Positions 39,541-50,526 of a DNA stretch of 64,000 nt are shown in pieces. Each line of letters starts with the position of its first letter. Positions within the stretch are counted from its first letter, which is position 1. Both the position numbers and the translations under genes were made by a program. The notes beneath the pieces are model-generated. The model did no database searches. It was not told the DNA's origin and saw nothing but the letters and a program-made list of their open reading frames with translations. Source of the stretch: a virus; the IMG/VR virus record IMGVR_UViG_3300010885_023630, positions 62,981-126,980 of that record. One strand, written 5' to 3'.

Positions 39541-42033
39541 ATGAGCAAGAATCATCCACACGACAACATGTATTCCATTCTTGGAAAACTAGCGGCACTA
39601 CAGCCAACACCTCAAGAAAAGCATGATGCTAAAGTACAGCAGATTCGCGAAAGCGTTGAAAGTCAAGGATCTATACTTAAAGGTCTACGTGATGTTAGCT
39701 CAACAGAAGCTCGACTAGCCAAACAATTTGCTGAAAGTGATTTTAGTAAACTAAGCAACAAGATTCAAAAGTCTGGTAAGAGCAAAGATTCAGCTGATGC
39801 TATTGCCGCTACTATTGGTCGTGAAAAGCTAGGACAAAAAGAAATGACACGTCGTAGTGTTGCTGGTCGTAAAGATGAAGCAGTTCGTATTGCTGGTAAC
39901 ACCAAAGGTCCAGTTGGTCACTACTCACAAATGAAACACGTTGGTAAAGATGGTAGCCCTGAAGCACAAGCACATCGTGATGCTACTGCCGGCATGGCCA
40001 AGTCGGCACGTGCCGCTGGTAGCAAATTACCTTTTAACAAAACTACAGAGCCAACGGGCAAACTTGCCACTGGCGGTTATAATGCTATGACCAAAGGTGT
40101 AACACCTATTAGAACTAGCGCAGAAGAATGTGCTATGTGCGAATCTGGTACATGTACAGAGCATATGAACGAAGACTTACAAGCCGACGCCGGACAGTAC
40201 TATACAAATGCAGCCGACTTCTTTGGTAAATTTGAAGCAGATACATTTGACAGCACAAAAGAAAGTCCTGATGGCATGCAGGTTCATGGTTATGTTGATG
40301 GTCAGTGTGTGATGGCATGGCAGTACAAGACCGCAAAGAAAATTGGCGGCTGGGGTAACTATAACTCACAGATGTTGGAAGCAGAAAACCAGGGTTTAGT
40401 AGCTGGTAAGTTTTACCTTGTTAGTGATTATGGCAACGGAGTTGGTAGCCATGTATTTAATAGTTATGATGAGGCCAGAAACCATTGGGGCACCTTAGGC
40501 GGTCGCGCACAAGACGAATACTATATTGCTCAATTTGATGGAAAAAACTTAAATTCCCAAGATGGCAGCGAGCAAGACCTGCCAGAAGGCGAAATTACAC
40601 ACAAGCCTGGTGTAACAACACACCGTAAAACAGATTTCCCAGGTTATCCAACTGATGATGGTGACGACATCGAAGACGCAAACAAAGGCAAGCGCGGCCG
40701 CCCACGCAAGCATGCCGTTAAAGTAGCTAAGACTGATGCCGAAGGCAATAAACTAGGACGCGGTCGTCCAAAGAAAGATGCCGCACCAGTGTACAGCAAA
40801 ATGAATGATCCGTTTGGTCGTGTACCAAACAAAGCACCTAAGACTAAACTCAAAGGCCGCACACATACAATGGCAGAAGCAATGGACAAGTTAAGTCAGC
40901 GTTTCTCTCGTATTAGCGAAGGTATTAACTTTGCTGAATTGTTAAAGTCCAAGCATCAAACAGTCGATGAAATGTTGTCAGAGTTACAACAAGACATCAA
41001 ACAATTTAAAGACACAGGTCACTGTTCTGAACTATTAAAAGATTGTATGGAAATCAAAGGCTACCACGGTAAAGTAGTTGCCGATGAAGCAACTAATCCA
41101 AGTAACCCATTTTATAAAAAACAGAATGACTACAACTTACCACCAGCAATGCGTGGGCACGGTACAGCAGATTATACATTACCGGACGTAAAAGCACATG
41201 ACAATATTGAACGCGATCATTATCGCGATCGTGCCGGACTTCCTCCACTAGATACATCATTGGAAGAGGAATTATCCGAACTAGCTAAGTTAGCTGGATT
41301 AAGCGAAGTTAGCCGCGGCGACTATATCAAACAAAAAGACACAGAAGCAGAACATTCTGGCAAAAACAAATTTCAAGCATTTGGTCAAGAGTTTGATACC
41401 GATGAGATCACCGAAGAACCCAACGAAGGCAATACATTTACCAAAGGTTTAGAAGACGACGATGTTGAAATTGGCGACAAAATTCCTGGTACTAACGCTG
41501 TTAAAAAAGTAGACATTGACGAATCAGTTGAAGATACTATTAATGTTGCTACAAACATGAGTAGCAACGGTGACAAGAATGTAACAGTTACAGCCAATGG
41601 CAGTCAAGCGGCAGAGCTATTACAAATGTTACGTATTGCCGGTTTAGGCAATGGACAAGCCGCACAAAATTTACAAGGTCAAGCCGACACTCCAATCAAT
41701 GCTCAAGTTGACGGCGAAGAAGGTATTGAAGTAATCGAACTACCAGCTCAAGAACCCGAAGTAGACGAAGCTGAAACTCACGTTGATGATGCTGGTGCTA
41801 ACCCAGTTAATGCTCCTAACGAGAAATATATGTCAATGAAGGGTTCTACAATGGGCCCAGGCGAAGGTGACTCGGGTGAAAAGGCAATGAATCCAGATCG
41901 TCCAACCAAGAACAACGGTGACAACGCATTGGCAACTCCTCCAACACGAGCACAAAAAACTCTTATCGCAGTTTCTGCTTTAGAGTCCAAGTTGGCCGCT
42001 GAATACGAAAGTATCAAAAAACTTTCTGCTTAA
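39541..42033 (+). CDS. large acidic, disordered protein with AT-hook-like motifs; probable internal head/core protein
   Basis: KRGRPRK and GRGRPKK; many xxE segment boundaries; LAKLAGL motif. Confidence 0.6.
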   Translation: MSKNHPHDNMYSILGKLAALQPTPQEKHDAKVQQIRESVESQGSILKGLRDVSSTEARLAKQFAESDFSKLSNKIQKSGKSKDSADAIAATIGREKLGQKEMTRRSVAGRKDEAVRIAGNTKGPVGHYSQMKHVGKDGSPEAQAHRDATAGMAKSARAAGSKLPFNKTTEPTGKLATGGYNAMTKGVTPIRTSAEECAMCESGTCTEHMNEDLQADAGQYYTNAADFFGKFEADTFDSTKESPDGMQVHGYVDGQCVMAWQYKTAKKIGGWGNYNSQMLEAENQGLVAGKFYLVSDYGNGVGSHVFNSYDEARNHWGTLGGRAQDEYYIAQFDGKNLNSQDGSEQDLPEGEITHKPGVTTHRKTDFPGYPTDDGDDIEDANKGKRGRPRKHAVKVAKTDAEGNKLGRGRPKKDAAPVYSKMNDPFGRVPNKAPKTKLKGRTHTMAEAMDKLSQRFSRISEGINFAELLKSKHQTVDEMLSELQQDIKQFKDTGHCSELLKDCMEIKGYHGKVVADEATNPSNPFYKKQNDYNLPPAMRGHGTADYTLPDVKAHDNIERDHYRDRAGLPPLDTSLEEELSELAKLAGLSEVSRGDYIKQKDTEAEHSGKNKFQAFGQEFDTDEITEEPNEGNTFTKGLEDDDVEIGDKIPGTNAVKKVDIDESVEDTINVATNMSSNGDKNVTVTANGSQAAELLQMLRIAGLGNGQAAQNLQGQADTPINAQVDGEEGIEVIELPAQEPEVDEAETHVDDAGANPVNAPNEKYMSMKGSTMGPGEGDSGEKAMNPDRPTKNNGDNALATPPTRAQKTLIAVSALESKLAAEYESIKKLSA

Positions 42034-42034
42034 C

Positions 42035-42427
42035 ATGAAACAATATCGCATAACCAGTGAACACTTTGTTCACCAAGGTGAAACTGGTGATGCGGATGCT
42101 GTCATGGATTCCACAGACTTATATCAATTAAAAAAGTTGGCTGGTATTACTGGCTTGTTTGAAGCTGAAGCTGGAATGTACACTGGTAATAACACAGTAC
42201 CACAAGCCGCCGAAACCGGAATTGAAAGTCCTGTGGGTAGCAATATTAGTTTTACAGCGCAAGAACGTAATGCGCTACTTAAAGAATTTCACGTAATGCC
42301 AGGAACAGATCTTTGGTTTATTATTAATTTTACTAAACCATTCTTCAATGGTAGCCTACGCAGTAAAGTTGATGAATACTTAAAGCAACATCCTGAGTAT
42401 CGCCCAAAACCCGATCCTGGCAGTTAA
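42035..42427 (+). CDS. hypothetical protein
   Basis: Directly follows 39541; 'LKKLAGI' motif. Confidence 0.6.
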   Translation: MKQYRITSEHFVHQGETGDADAVMDSTDLYQLKKLAGITGLFEAEAGMYTGNNTVPQAAETGIESPVGSNISFTAQERNALLKEFHVMPGTDLWFIINFTKPFFNGSLRSKVDEYLKQHPEYRPKPDPGS

Positions 42428-42951
42428 GCCGCTTCTTTTTCCCTGCCTAAGTATTTGTACCACGAATCTTGTTTAACATTAAACGGCATTTGCTTCCATG
42501 TGTTAACAAGACGATAGTAATCTGGCTTGTAAGGTTTCATTTTAGGTTTGATTAACTTACTACCCTTGGCGTGGTTACAGCTCTTACAGCTGGTAACACA
42601 GTTCTCCCAAACCGTTTTCCCGCCAGACATACGCGGAATAACATGATCAATAGTTAGTTCTTCGTAATCAAATACTTCTTCACAATATTGACATTGAAAT
42701 AAGTCTCTCATGTATAAGTTATAACGGCTGAACTTGACATTTTTTTTATAATGGAAGTAATCCTTGGTCACACAGACACTAGGAACATTTATTGCTAAAC
42801 GTTCGCTATGAATTATCCAATTTGGATAAGTTTCAAGCACATGAACACGGCCCAGGTACATTAACTTGATGGCATGTTGCCAGTTAATAACGCTTAGGGG
42901 TAATACACTAATTGGTTCGTAATTACTATTGAGTAGTAGAGTGTCGGACAT
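42424..42951 (-). CDS. HNH endonuclease (McrA-like)
   Basis: 'RDLFQCQYC', 'LTIDHVIPR..GG...WEN.VTSC..CN..KG'. Confidence 0.92.
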   Translation of the reverse strand: MSDTLLLNSNYEPISVLPLSVINWQHAIKLMYLGRVHVLETYPNWIIHSERLAINVPSVCVTKDYFHYKKNVKFSRYNLYMRDLFQCQYCEEVFDYEELTIDHVIPRMSGGKTVWENCVTSCKSCNHAKGSKLIKPKMKPYKPDYYRLVNTWKQMPFNVKQDSWYKYLGREKEAA

Positions 42952-43017
42952 TTGATAAACCGTTTGTAAATTGAAGTTAAATATACTTATACCTACAAGT
43001 ATAACACAAATAAGACA

Positions 43018-44580
43018 ATGAGTAAAGATTTAGAAACAGCAATTATCAAGGCACCGTATAAACGGATGTCTTACACCGAACACCAAATACAGGAACTAGC
43101 CCGTTGTGCGGATCCTGTAAATGGACCGCGGTATTTTATGAGCAACTACTTCTTTATTCAACATCCGACTAAAGGTAGTATTCAATACCACCCGTTTGAG
43201 TATCAGTGCCGACTAATCGATGCTTATCACACTAATCGTTATAGTATATCATTAATGCCCCGACAGACTGGCAAAAGTACCAGTGCCGCGGGCTACTTGT
43301 TGTGGTATGCTATGTTTGTTCCAGATTCGACTATTCTAGTGGCCGCACACAAATATATTGGCGCCCAAGAAATTATGCAACGTGTTCGTTATGCCTACGA
43401 AAATTGCCCAGATTTTATTCGAGCAGGTGTGACCAGTTATAACAAAGGATCATTGGACTTTGAAAACGGATCACGTATAGTAAGTCAAACAACAACAGAA
43501 AATACAGGTCGTGGTATGTCTATATCACTCTTATATTGTGACGAGTTTGCGTTCGTTCGACCTACTATCGCTAGTGAGTTCTGGACTTCTATTACACCTA
43601 CCCTGGCAACTGGTGGTAAATGTATTATTACATCAACACCTAACTCAGACGAAGACCAATTCGCACAAATCTGGCGTCAAGCTAATAATTGCTTTGATGA
43701 ATTTGGCAACGAAACCCCATTGGGTAAAAATGGCTTTAAGGCTTTCCGTAGTAACTGGCGCGAACATCCTGATCGTGACGCAAAATGGGCTGCAGAAATG
43801 TTAGCCCAGCTCGGCGAAGAACGCTTCCGCCGTGAAATGGAATGCGAATTTATTATTTTCGACGAAACATTAATTAATCCGTTGTTCCTAGCAGAGATGG
43901 GTGGCATAGATCCCATTGAAAAGCAAGGGCAAATACGTTGGTATAAAAAGCCCGAGCGCGACAAAACCTATGTGGTAGCACTAGATCCAAGTTTGGGCAC
44001 AGGATCAGATCCCGCGGCAATACAAGTGTTTGAAATGCCCGGACTTAAACAAGTAGCTGAGTGGAGTCATAATAAAACGATCGTACAGCGACAGGTTGTT
44101 ATACTTAAAGAAATTTGCCAGTACCTGGCTGATGTATCTGGTAGCAATAATATATATTATAGTGTTGAAAACAATACCTTAGGTGAAGCCGCTTTGGTAT
44201 GTATTAGCGAGCTGGGAGAAGAAAACATTCCAGGAACATTCCTAAGCGAACCTAAAAAAGGTGCCGCTGGACATCGCTACCGCAAAGGGTTTACTACAAC
44301 AAACAAGAGCAAACTAAGTGCATGTAGCAAGTTAAAGAGTCTAATAGAAACACGTAGACTAGTTATTGCTAGTAAAACTTTAATTAGCGAATTAAAGACA
44401 TTTGTAGCAAGTGGTAACAGTTTTGCGGCAAAAATAGGCGAACACGACGACTTGGTAATGAGCGCATTGTTGGCTATACGCATGATTATGCTTTTACAAC
44501 AGTTTGATTCCGGGCTAGATAATGAACTCAAAGACAGCATAGATAACTTCATTGAACCCATGCCCTTCATTATGATTTAA
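43018..44580 (+). CDS. terL: terminase large subunit (T4 gp17-like)
   Basis: Walker A 'PRQTGKST', Walker B 'LLYCDEFAF', motif III 'ITSTPN', nuclease 'ALDPS' and 'HDDLVM'. Confidence 0.95.
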   Translation: MSKDLETAIIKAPYKRMSYTEHQIQELARCADPVNGPRYFMSNYFFIQHPTKGSIQYHPFEYQCRLIDAYHTNRYSISLMPRQTGKSTSAAGYLLWYAMFVPDSTILVAAHKYIGAQEIMQRVRYAYENCPDFIRAGVTSYNKGSLDFENGSRIVSQTTTENTGRGMSISLLYCDEFAFVRPTIASEFWTSITPTLATGGKCIITSTPNSDEDQFAQIWRQANNCFDEFGNETPLGKNGFKAFRSNWREHPDRDAKWAAEMLAQLGEERFRREMECEFIIFDETLINPLFLAEMGGIDPIEKQGQIRWYKKPERDKTYVVALDPSLGTGSDPAAIQVFEMPGLKQVAEWSHNKTIVQRQVVILKEICQYLADVSGSNNIYYSVENNTLGEAALVCISELGEENIPGTFLSEPKKGAAGHRYRKGFTTTNKSKLSACSKLKSLIETRRLVIASKTLISELKTFVASGNSFAAKIGEHDDLVMSALLAIRMIMLLQQFDSGLDNELKDSIDNFIEPMPFIMI

Positions 44581-44593
44581 GATAAATAGTTTT

Positions 44594-46051
44594 ATGTCTA
44601 AAGAAATAGAATCCATCTCATCCGCGTTATTTGATAAAATACGCTCACGTTTTCCTAACGTAACGTTGGGCAACGAAAAAGCTCAGGCTGAAACAGACCC
44701 CACTGAAGCACGTTTTTTTAATTTTACTTACACCGGTAAGGACGGTGCTGAGTTCGGTACAGTAACAATTAGTCTAATAGACGAAACTAGTTTAAAAGTA
44801 TATTACGGACAAAACATTTCTTCCGAAATGGACCGAGAACACCGCAAAGAATGGTACGAATTTTTACGCAATTTAAGAATGTTTGCCAAGCGCAATTTGC
44901 TTACATTTGACACCAGAGATATTAACAAATCAAACTTAGATTTAAAAGACATTAAGCAACAAGCTAAAGTAGACGACGTATCAACAACGCAAGATGTGCC
45001 AATGACGGAAAGCAAGTTGTATGGCACATCACGTAACAGCTACGCAGATATGGATCAATGTCGTTTATTGATCAAACACGAAGGTTTAGTTAGTGACGAA
45101 AAGCGCGGTGACCGCACAAGAAAAATTAAAGAAATTTTTATTGAAACACCAATTGGCGAACGTTTACTAGTACCATTTAAAAACCTACATGGTGCCCGCG
45201 CCATGTGTCGCCATATTAACGAAGGCGGCACAACACATGATGATATGGCAGAGTACATTATCAACATTGTAAAAGAAATGTCTGCTATGCGTCATTTTGT
45301 TCGTGCTACAAAAAACCGTCAATTTGAAGATGCTGAGACAGCAGAAATGTCCCAGGCGGCTATTCAACACTATAGCGAATTAAAAAGCACACTAAAACAT
45401 TTACACAGCAAACATCACTATGACGAGTTTATGGAAACATTTGTTCCGGAAGCTCTAGAAGAAGATAACATTGATGTTGACGCACTACGCGAACGTTTTG
45501 TTAAAAAAGTATACGACGATAGATTTACTGAAGCATTACCAATTGTATATAAAGCACATAAACGTCTCAAGGCACAGCCGCATGGACAACTAGGCAATGA
45601 ACTAGAAGAGTGGGCAGATACGGTGTACGAAGATACTTGGACTCGTCCAGACTCTGAAGATAAAATTAAAGCACTACAACAATTTTTACAAACGCCCAAG
45701 GCTGTTGGAATTGACGGTATAGATGCTTTGGCTGACATAGAACAAATCATTGGCGACGATGACTTACACGATGCCATTTATCAATTAGCACAAGGACAAG
45801 GTCCGGATGCTGACGCTCGTAGCCTGGTCAAAACATGGCTAGAACACAACATGCCCGACCTTTTAAACCAATTGGCAATTGGCCCAAAAAATGTTGATGC
45901 GGCCCATACAAACACTCCACCGGTGAGTCCGGCACAAGCACACCCTAATGATACATATGGCGCAAGTTCATTAGATGAGCCAAACGTAAATGAATCCAAC
46001 GACAGTCTGGACTTTATCCGCAGTTTAGCAGGAATTACTCGCACACGTTAA
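44594..46051 (+). CDS. hypothetical late protein (485 aa)
   Basis: TAAATA 5 nt before the ATG; ends 'DFIRSLAGI'. Confidence 0.65.
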   Translation: MSKEIESISSALFDKIRSRFPNVTLGNEKAQAETDPTEARFFNFTYTGKDGAEFGTVTISLIDETSLKVYYGQNISSEMDREHRKEWYEFLRNLRMFAKRNLLTFDTRDINKSNLDLKDIKQQAKVDDVSTTQDVPMTESKLYGTSRNSYADMDQCRLLIKHEGLVSDEKRGDRTRKIKEIFIETPIGERLLVPFKNLHGARAMCRHINEGGTTHDDMAEYIINIVKEMSAMRHFVRATKNRQFEDAETAEMSQAAIQHYSELKSTLKHLHSKHHYDEFMETFVPEALEEDNIDVDALRERFVKKVYDDRFTEALPIVYKAHKRLKAQPHGQLGNELEEWADTVYEDTWTRPDSEDKIKALQQFLQTPKAVGIDGIDALADIEQIIGDDDLHDAIYQLAQGQGPDADARSLVKTWLEHNMPDLLNQLAIGPKNVDAAHTNTPPVSPAQAHPNDTYGASSLDEPNVNESNDSLDFIRSLAGITRTR

Positions 46052-46070
46052 TACTACGATAAGTAGTGTT

Positions 46071-47099
46071 ATGGAGATAATAAAATCAACTAACGGCTTT
46101 CCGTATTCTTGGAAAGCCGGGCGTGTCGAACAATTAATACGCAATATATTAGAAACTAAATGTCGCACTCAACTCGACGTTGACCGTGTGATGTTTATTA
46201 ATCCCACTTGGCTACACGAAAATGATATTACCCAAAATATCAGAGATGCTGACCCAGAGTTTATTATATGTCATAACTTTGTCGACCCAGCAGTACCAAA
46301 AATATTTGAAGCAATCGAACAATCGGGGATACCATATCTTATTATTGGTAATGCCGCACAATGTCGTCTAGACTTTTGGGCAATGGTATGTGACTTGTAT
46401 TTTCAAAACTACGAAGAACATGATGTTGCTATACTACCAACAGCACGTAAGTATATCTGCTTAAATCGTAAACCACATCCACATCGCATTGCTATAGTAG
46501 ATCAACTGTTGGCCAATGGTCTGCGTGACGAAGGATTTGTAAGTTTAGGATTGCCCGGCAACCGAGCTATTACAATAGATGAAACATTTGAAGATAGTCA
46601 AGGTATTCGAGATGAATATGGCAACTTAGGCGTTGATGAAACTTTTGTAAGTCGTAAAATACTAAATGATATCTTTAGTGTTGGCAGTCCAACGGTATGG
46701 AATAACAGTTTGCTCTGTTTAGTAACAGAAACAGAATTTAGTAACACATACCCACAAAATTTCTTTACCAGTGAAAAAACATTTAAGCCTATAATAGGCA
46801 TGCGCCCGTTCTTTGTGTACGGGCAAGCACCATTACGTCAGTATCTCAAAGAACAAGGTTTTGATATATTTGAAGACGTATTTAATTATAAAAGCATTAA
46901 TGAAAATGCCCACGATCCTGAACGTTATGTACAATACTCGCAAGTGGCAATGGACGCAATACGTAAAATTAAAAACCCTGCTGAAGAATATAAAAAATAT
47001 TTTGGTCGTTGTCAAAATAATAAAAGACGATTTCGCACATACGTATACGAGCAATGGGATCGTTTAAACAATTTAGATCTAACACAATATGTCAAGTGA
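46071..47099 (+). CDS. glycosyltransferase-like protein (paralog 1)
   Basis: 'CLNRKPHPHR', 'LVTETEF...FTSEKTFKPI...PF...G...LK..GFD.F'; C-terminus resembles GT10/GT-B. Confidence 0.55.
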   Translation: MEIIKSTNGFPYSWKAGRVEQLIRNILETKCRTQLDVDRVMFINPTWLHENDITQNIRDADPEFIICHNFVDPAVPKIFEAIEQSGIPYLIIGNAAQCRLDFWAMVCDLYFQNYEEHDVAILPTARKYICLNRKPHPHRIAIVDQLLANGLRDEGFVSLGLPGNRAITIDETFEDSQGIRDEYGNLGVDETFVSRKILNDIFSVGSPTVWNNSLLCLVTETEFSNTYPQNFFTSEKTFKPIIGMRPFFVYGQAPLRQYLKEQGFDIFEDVFNYKSINENAHDPERYVQYSQVAMDAIRKIKNPAEEYKKYFGRCQNNKRRFRTYVYEQWDRLNNLDLTQYVK

Positions 47100-47853
47100 T
47101 GTACTAAAAGTTCCTGACTGGTCGATGATTGATAATCCAATATCATTCAAGCACCGTAGTGACACGCTATTAATTACAGTAGGTGATTCGTGGACCTACG
47201 GCGATAGTTTAGGAAATACTAAGGTACGCAATGGCGTTGATGATACTGAGTATAGATTAAATCATGTGTTTGGAAATATCATGTCTGAAGCAATGGATGC
47301 TAGTTGGTACAATATAGCATTACCTGGTGGCTCTAATTTTTTAATGCTAACATGGTTAGAAGAAATAATTATGATGGGTCTACATCCATACAATGAAATT
47401 ACCTGCGTTGTTACCCTAACAGAATCAGGCCGCCATGAAGAATTAAAAATGATGAATAGATCATTGATTACTCAACAGGCAGTATTAAATGATATATTAG
47501 CAAGAACATACTATGTAATTAAAGTATTAGCCAAACGATATCCTAATATACATTTTATTACAGCACATAATTTTACAGATGGCAACAATAGCACTATAGA
47601 TTTATGCGAACTAAGTTGGTTAGAAGTACTGTTAGACAAAACAATACAAAACGATACACGTATTGTAATCAGTGATCACATTGAGCAAATGAATTATGAT
47701 GCACGTTACCCTGATGTATTTGATATTATTGATCGTGCCAATGCCAGAATTGATTTGCTAGACTCTTGTGTGTATTGTAACAAAGAAGACAGTCGACATC
47801 CAACCGAAGAGGGACATGCCTTGTGGGCAGAATATTTACTTAATCAACTATAA
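47089..47853 (+). CDS. SGNH/GDSL-like hydrolase
   Basis: 'VGDSWTYG' block I; 'DSRHPTEEGH' block V. Confidence 0.7.
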   Translation: MSSDVLKVPDWSMIDNPISFKHRSDTLLITVGDSWTYGDSLGNTKVRNGVDDTEYRLNHVFGNIMSEAMDASWYNIALPGGSNFLMLTWLEEIIMMGLHPYNEITCVVTLTESGRHEELKMMNRSLITQQAVLNDILARTYYVIKVLAKRYPNIHFITAHNFTDGNNSTIDLCELSWLEVLLDKTIQNDTRIVISDHIEQMNYDARYPDVFDIIDRANARIDLLDSCVYCNKEDSRHPTEEGHALWAEYLLNQL

Positions 47854-48812
47854 TGGAACAAGCAATTACAGTAACCGATAACGAAATAGTTATCCTAGCA
47901 CAGTTCTTCATACACAAGGACTATTCTATTACTAGAAAAGATTTGCTACTAGATATCATTAGCAAATATTATCGTGGACAAAAAATACGAGTTAAGCTAC
48001 TTGATGGCGAAAATCATCGCTTTAGTGGGTTTGAAGAAGCATTGCGATATGTTTGTGGAGCATTATTAATTCCTTACAGCCATGTAACGTTAGAAACACA
48101 TTGTCCAGACGACGGGATATTCAATACAGAAGTTTTAAGATTGGGAATTTTTATTAGTGTCGGCAGATATCTACCGGCAGATTTTGATCGTAACATAGAC
48201 AATGCCAAGTTCATTGGAACTACATTGGGTAGATACAATGTTAGTCGTTTACGTCTAGCATATGAATTAGATACTGCTTTCCCAAACGATTCATTTATCA
48301 CGTTTCAATCTAAACCACATTTTATAAATGACCAGTACAGGCATTTTAGCGATGTATACCAAGCAGAACTAGAATGGTTTAATCAAAAAACATTTGATCA
48401 AGATTTAATTAGCAATCATTACATGGGAATGATTGATTGGCAAACAGCCTGCTCTCATTATGGTAACATTTGGAACAAATACCAAATTGAAGTCATTTCC
48501 GAAACTGACTGTATGGACAATTTTTGGTTTACTGAAAAGACCGCTAACTGTTTAGCAACCGGCAAACCGTTTGTGTTGGTCAGCGGACAAGGCAGTTTAA
48601 AAAGATTAAAGATGATGGGTTTCCAAACATTTGATGAAATTTTGGACGAATCATATGACACAGCACCGGATCCATATGCTAGAATTAAGAGGTTGACACA
48701 AAGTCTACAAGTGCTGTATACTAGCCCAAGTAAAGCAGATTTAATCAGTCAGCTTTACCAAAAGGCACACCAAAATATTGAACTCTATCAACAATACTGT
48801 AAACGGCAATAA
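47853..48812 (+). CDS. glycosyltransferase-like protein (paralog 2)
   Basis: 'VISET...FWFTEKT...GKPF..GFQTF...DESYD'. Confidence 0.55.
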   Translation: MEQAITVTDNEIVILAQFFIHKDYSITRKDLLLDIISKYYRGQKIRVKLLDGENHRFSGFEEALRYVCGALLIPYSHVTLETHCPDDGIFNTEVLRLGIFISVGRYLPADFDRNIDNAKFIGTTLGRYNVSRLRLAYELDTAFPNDSFITFQSKPHFINDQYRHFSDVYQAELEWFNQKTFDQDLISNHYMGMIDWQTACSHYGNIWNKYQIEVISETDCMDNFWFTEKTANCLATGKPFVLVSGQGSLKRLKMMGFQTFDEILDESYDTAPDPYARIKRLTQSLQVLYTSPSKADLISQLYQKAHQNIELYQQYCKRQ

Positions 48813-48920
48813 AAGTTTAAATTATTGTTTGACAAAGCTAAATATAATAGTATACACTACGGTGTGTGCGTTGAGACAATCTCAAAACAATCATGGCACA
48901 TTTTATAAAGGAAAAACATC

Positions 48921-49895
48921 ATGGCAATGACATTAGCAGAAATTAGATCGAAGTTACAAGCAAACGAAAACCGCGGTAGCGGCAATCAATCAGGTGGCGA
49001 CAACGCCATTTATCCACATTGGAATATAGCAGAAGGCACAACTTCTCGTTTACGGTTCCTTCCAGACGGTAATACAAAAAACAGTTTCTTTTGGGTAGAA
49101 CGAGCAATGATTCGTTTGCCATTTGCTGGCATCAAGGGCCAAGCAGATAGCAAGCCTGTAGTTGTACAAGTACCTTGTATGGAAATGTATGGCGAAGCCT
49201 GCCCAATCTTGGCAGAAGTTCGTCCATGGTTTAAAGATCCAGCTCTAGAGGAAATGGGTCGTAAGTACTGGAAGAAAAAATCTTACTTGTTCCAAGGTTT
49301 TGTTCGTGAGAACGCACTTGGTGATGATAAGACTCCGGAAAATCCAATCCGTCGTTTTGTTATTAGTCCACAGATTTTTAATATCATTAAAGCGGCTTTA
49401 ATGGATCCAGAGATGGAAGAATTGCCAGTTGATTATCAACGTGGCTTGGATTTCCAGATTGTTAAAACAAGCAAAGGCGGCTACGCCGACTACTCAACAA
49501 GTAAGTGGTCACGTAAAGAGTCGGCATTGAATTCCGACGAAGCTGGCGCAATTGAACAGTTTGGATTGTTTAACTTGTCAGACTTTTTGCCTAAGAAACC
49601 AGGCGAAGTAGAACTTAAAGTTCTTAAGGAAATGTTTGAAGCATCAGTAGATGGTCAACCATACGACTCTGACAAGTGGGGTGCTTACTTTAAGCCGGCT
49701 GGATTCCAAGGCGGCAATGAAAAAGCATCATCGGATGATACTCCTGCTCCGGTGGCAAAAGCCGCTCCGGCACCAGTTGTAGCCGAAGATGAGGACGAAG
49801 CTCCTGCTCCAACAGCACCGGTTCAAGCCGCGAAACCTTCTAGCGCAAAAGCTGAAGATATTTTGGCAATGATCCGTAATCGCAAAACACAGTAA
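48921..49895 (+). CDS. gp32: single-stranded DNA-binding protein (T4 gp32-like)
   Basis: 'LRFLP', 'CPI', 'YWKK', 'G.DF.I.K..KGGYADY..SK'; acidic/PA-rich tail. Confidence 0.9.
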   Translation: MAMTLAEIRSKLQANENRGSGNQSGGDNAIYPHWNIAEGTTSRLRFLPDGNTKNSFFWVERAMIRLPFAGIKGQADSKPVVVQVPCMEMYGEACPILAEVRPWFKDPALEEMGRKYWKKKSYLFQGFVRENALGDDKTPENPIRRFVISPQIFNIIKAALMDPEMEELPVDYQRGLDFQIVKTSKGGYADYSTSKWSRKESALNSDEAGAIEQFGLFNLSDFLPKKPGEVELKVLKEMFEASVDGQPYDSDKWGAYFKPAGFQGGNEKASSDDTPAPVAKAAPAPVVAEDEDEAPAPTAPVQAAKPSSAKAEDILAMIRNRKTQ

Positions 49896-49910
49896 TCGAT
49901 TACTAAGTAA

Positions 49911-49932
49911 CACAAGGGGGAAACCCCTTGTG
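49911..49932 (+). terminator. perfect hairpin after gp32 (terminator or mRNA stabiliser) overlapping the next GTG start
   Basis: CACAAGGGG-gaaa-CCCCTTGTG with GNRA loop; no strong U tract. Confidence 0.55.
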
Positions 49933-50526
49933 TCCTCTATCGTGCTAATCGACTATAACCACAACAAACCTTTATATATCATCGGAGACGGTGTAGTTAC
50001 TGATGGGCTTGTTGAGTATATTCAACGAGAAACATACAGCCAAGTTAAGGCTATAACTAAAGAAGAATTTTTAACATTAGACGCTGATAGTCAATGTATA
50101 GTTGGCTTTTGGAATTTTGAATATCGTAAAAACTTTTTTAGTTATGCCCTTACATATCCACGTAAATGGCCAATATATATACACAAAGACGCCTTTGTTG
50201 CTGATTCAGCACAGATGGGACGTGGAACAGTTATCTATCCAATGGCTAGTATTCTAAACAGCGCAGTTATAAATGACTTTGGCCTAATAGGATGTAATAC
50301 ACATATCGGTCACGGAACCAACTTAGGCAATAATAATATTTTAGCGCCAGGAACTATTATTGGCGGAAGTACAAGAACAGGCAACAACATATACTATGGA
50401 ATGTCTAGTTCAGTTAAAGATAAACTGTTGGTATGCGACAATGTTAAATTTAACATGACCAGTCGTGTTACTAAAGACGTACTAGAACCGGGTACATATT
50501 TTAATAATAGGAAGTTACATGACTGA
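49930..50526 (+). CDS. hexapeptide-repeat sugar O-acetyltransferase (NeuD/PglD-like)
   Basis: 'IHKDAFVA' followed by left-handed beta-helix hexapeptide repeats. Confidence 0.8.
   Translation: MSSIVLIDYNHNKPLYIIGDGVVTDGLVEYIQRETYSQVKAITKEEFLTLDADSQCIVGFWNFEYRKNFFSYALTYPRKWPIYIHKDAFVADSAQMGRGTVIYPMASILNSAVINDFGLIGCNTHIGHGTNLGNNNILAPGTIIGGSTRTGNNIYYGMSSSVKDKLLVCDNVKFNMTSRVTKDVLEPGTYFNNRKLHD

Noticed and set aside
42424-42951. Intron- or intein-associated homing endonuclease at terL
   Set aside because: The HNH gene is free-standing and divergent; TerL, UvsX and sheath are continuous without intein motifs.
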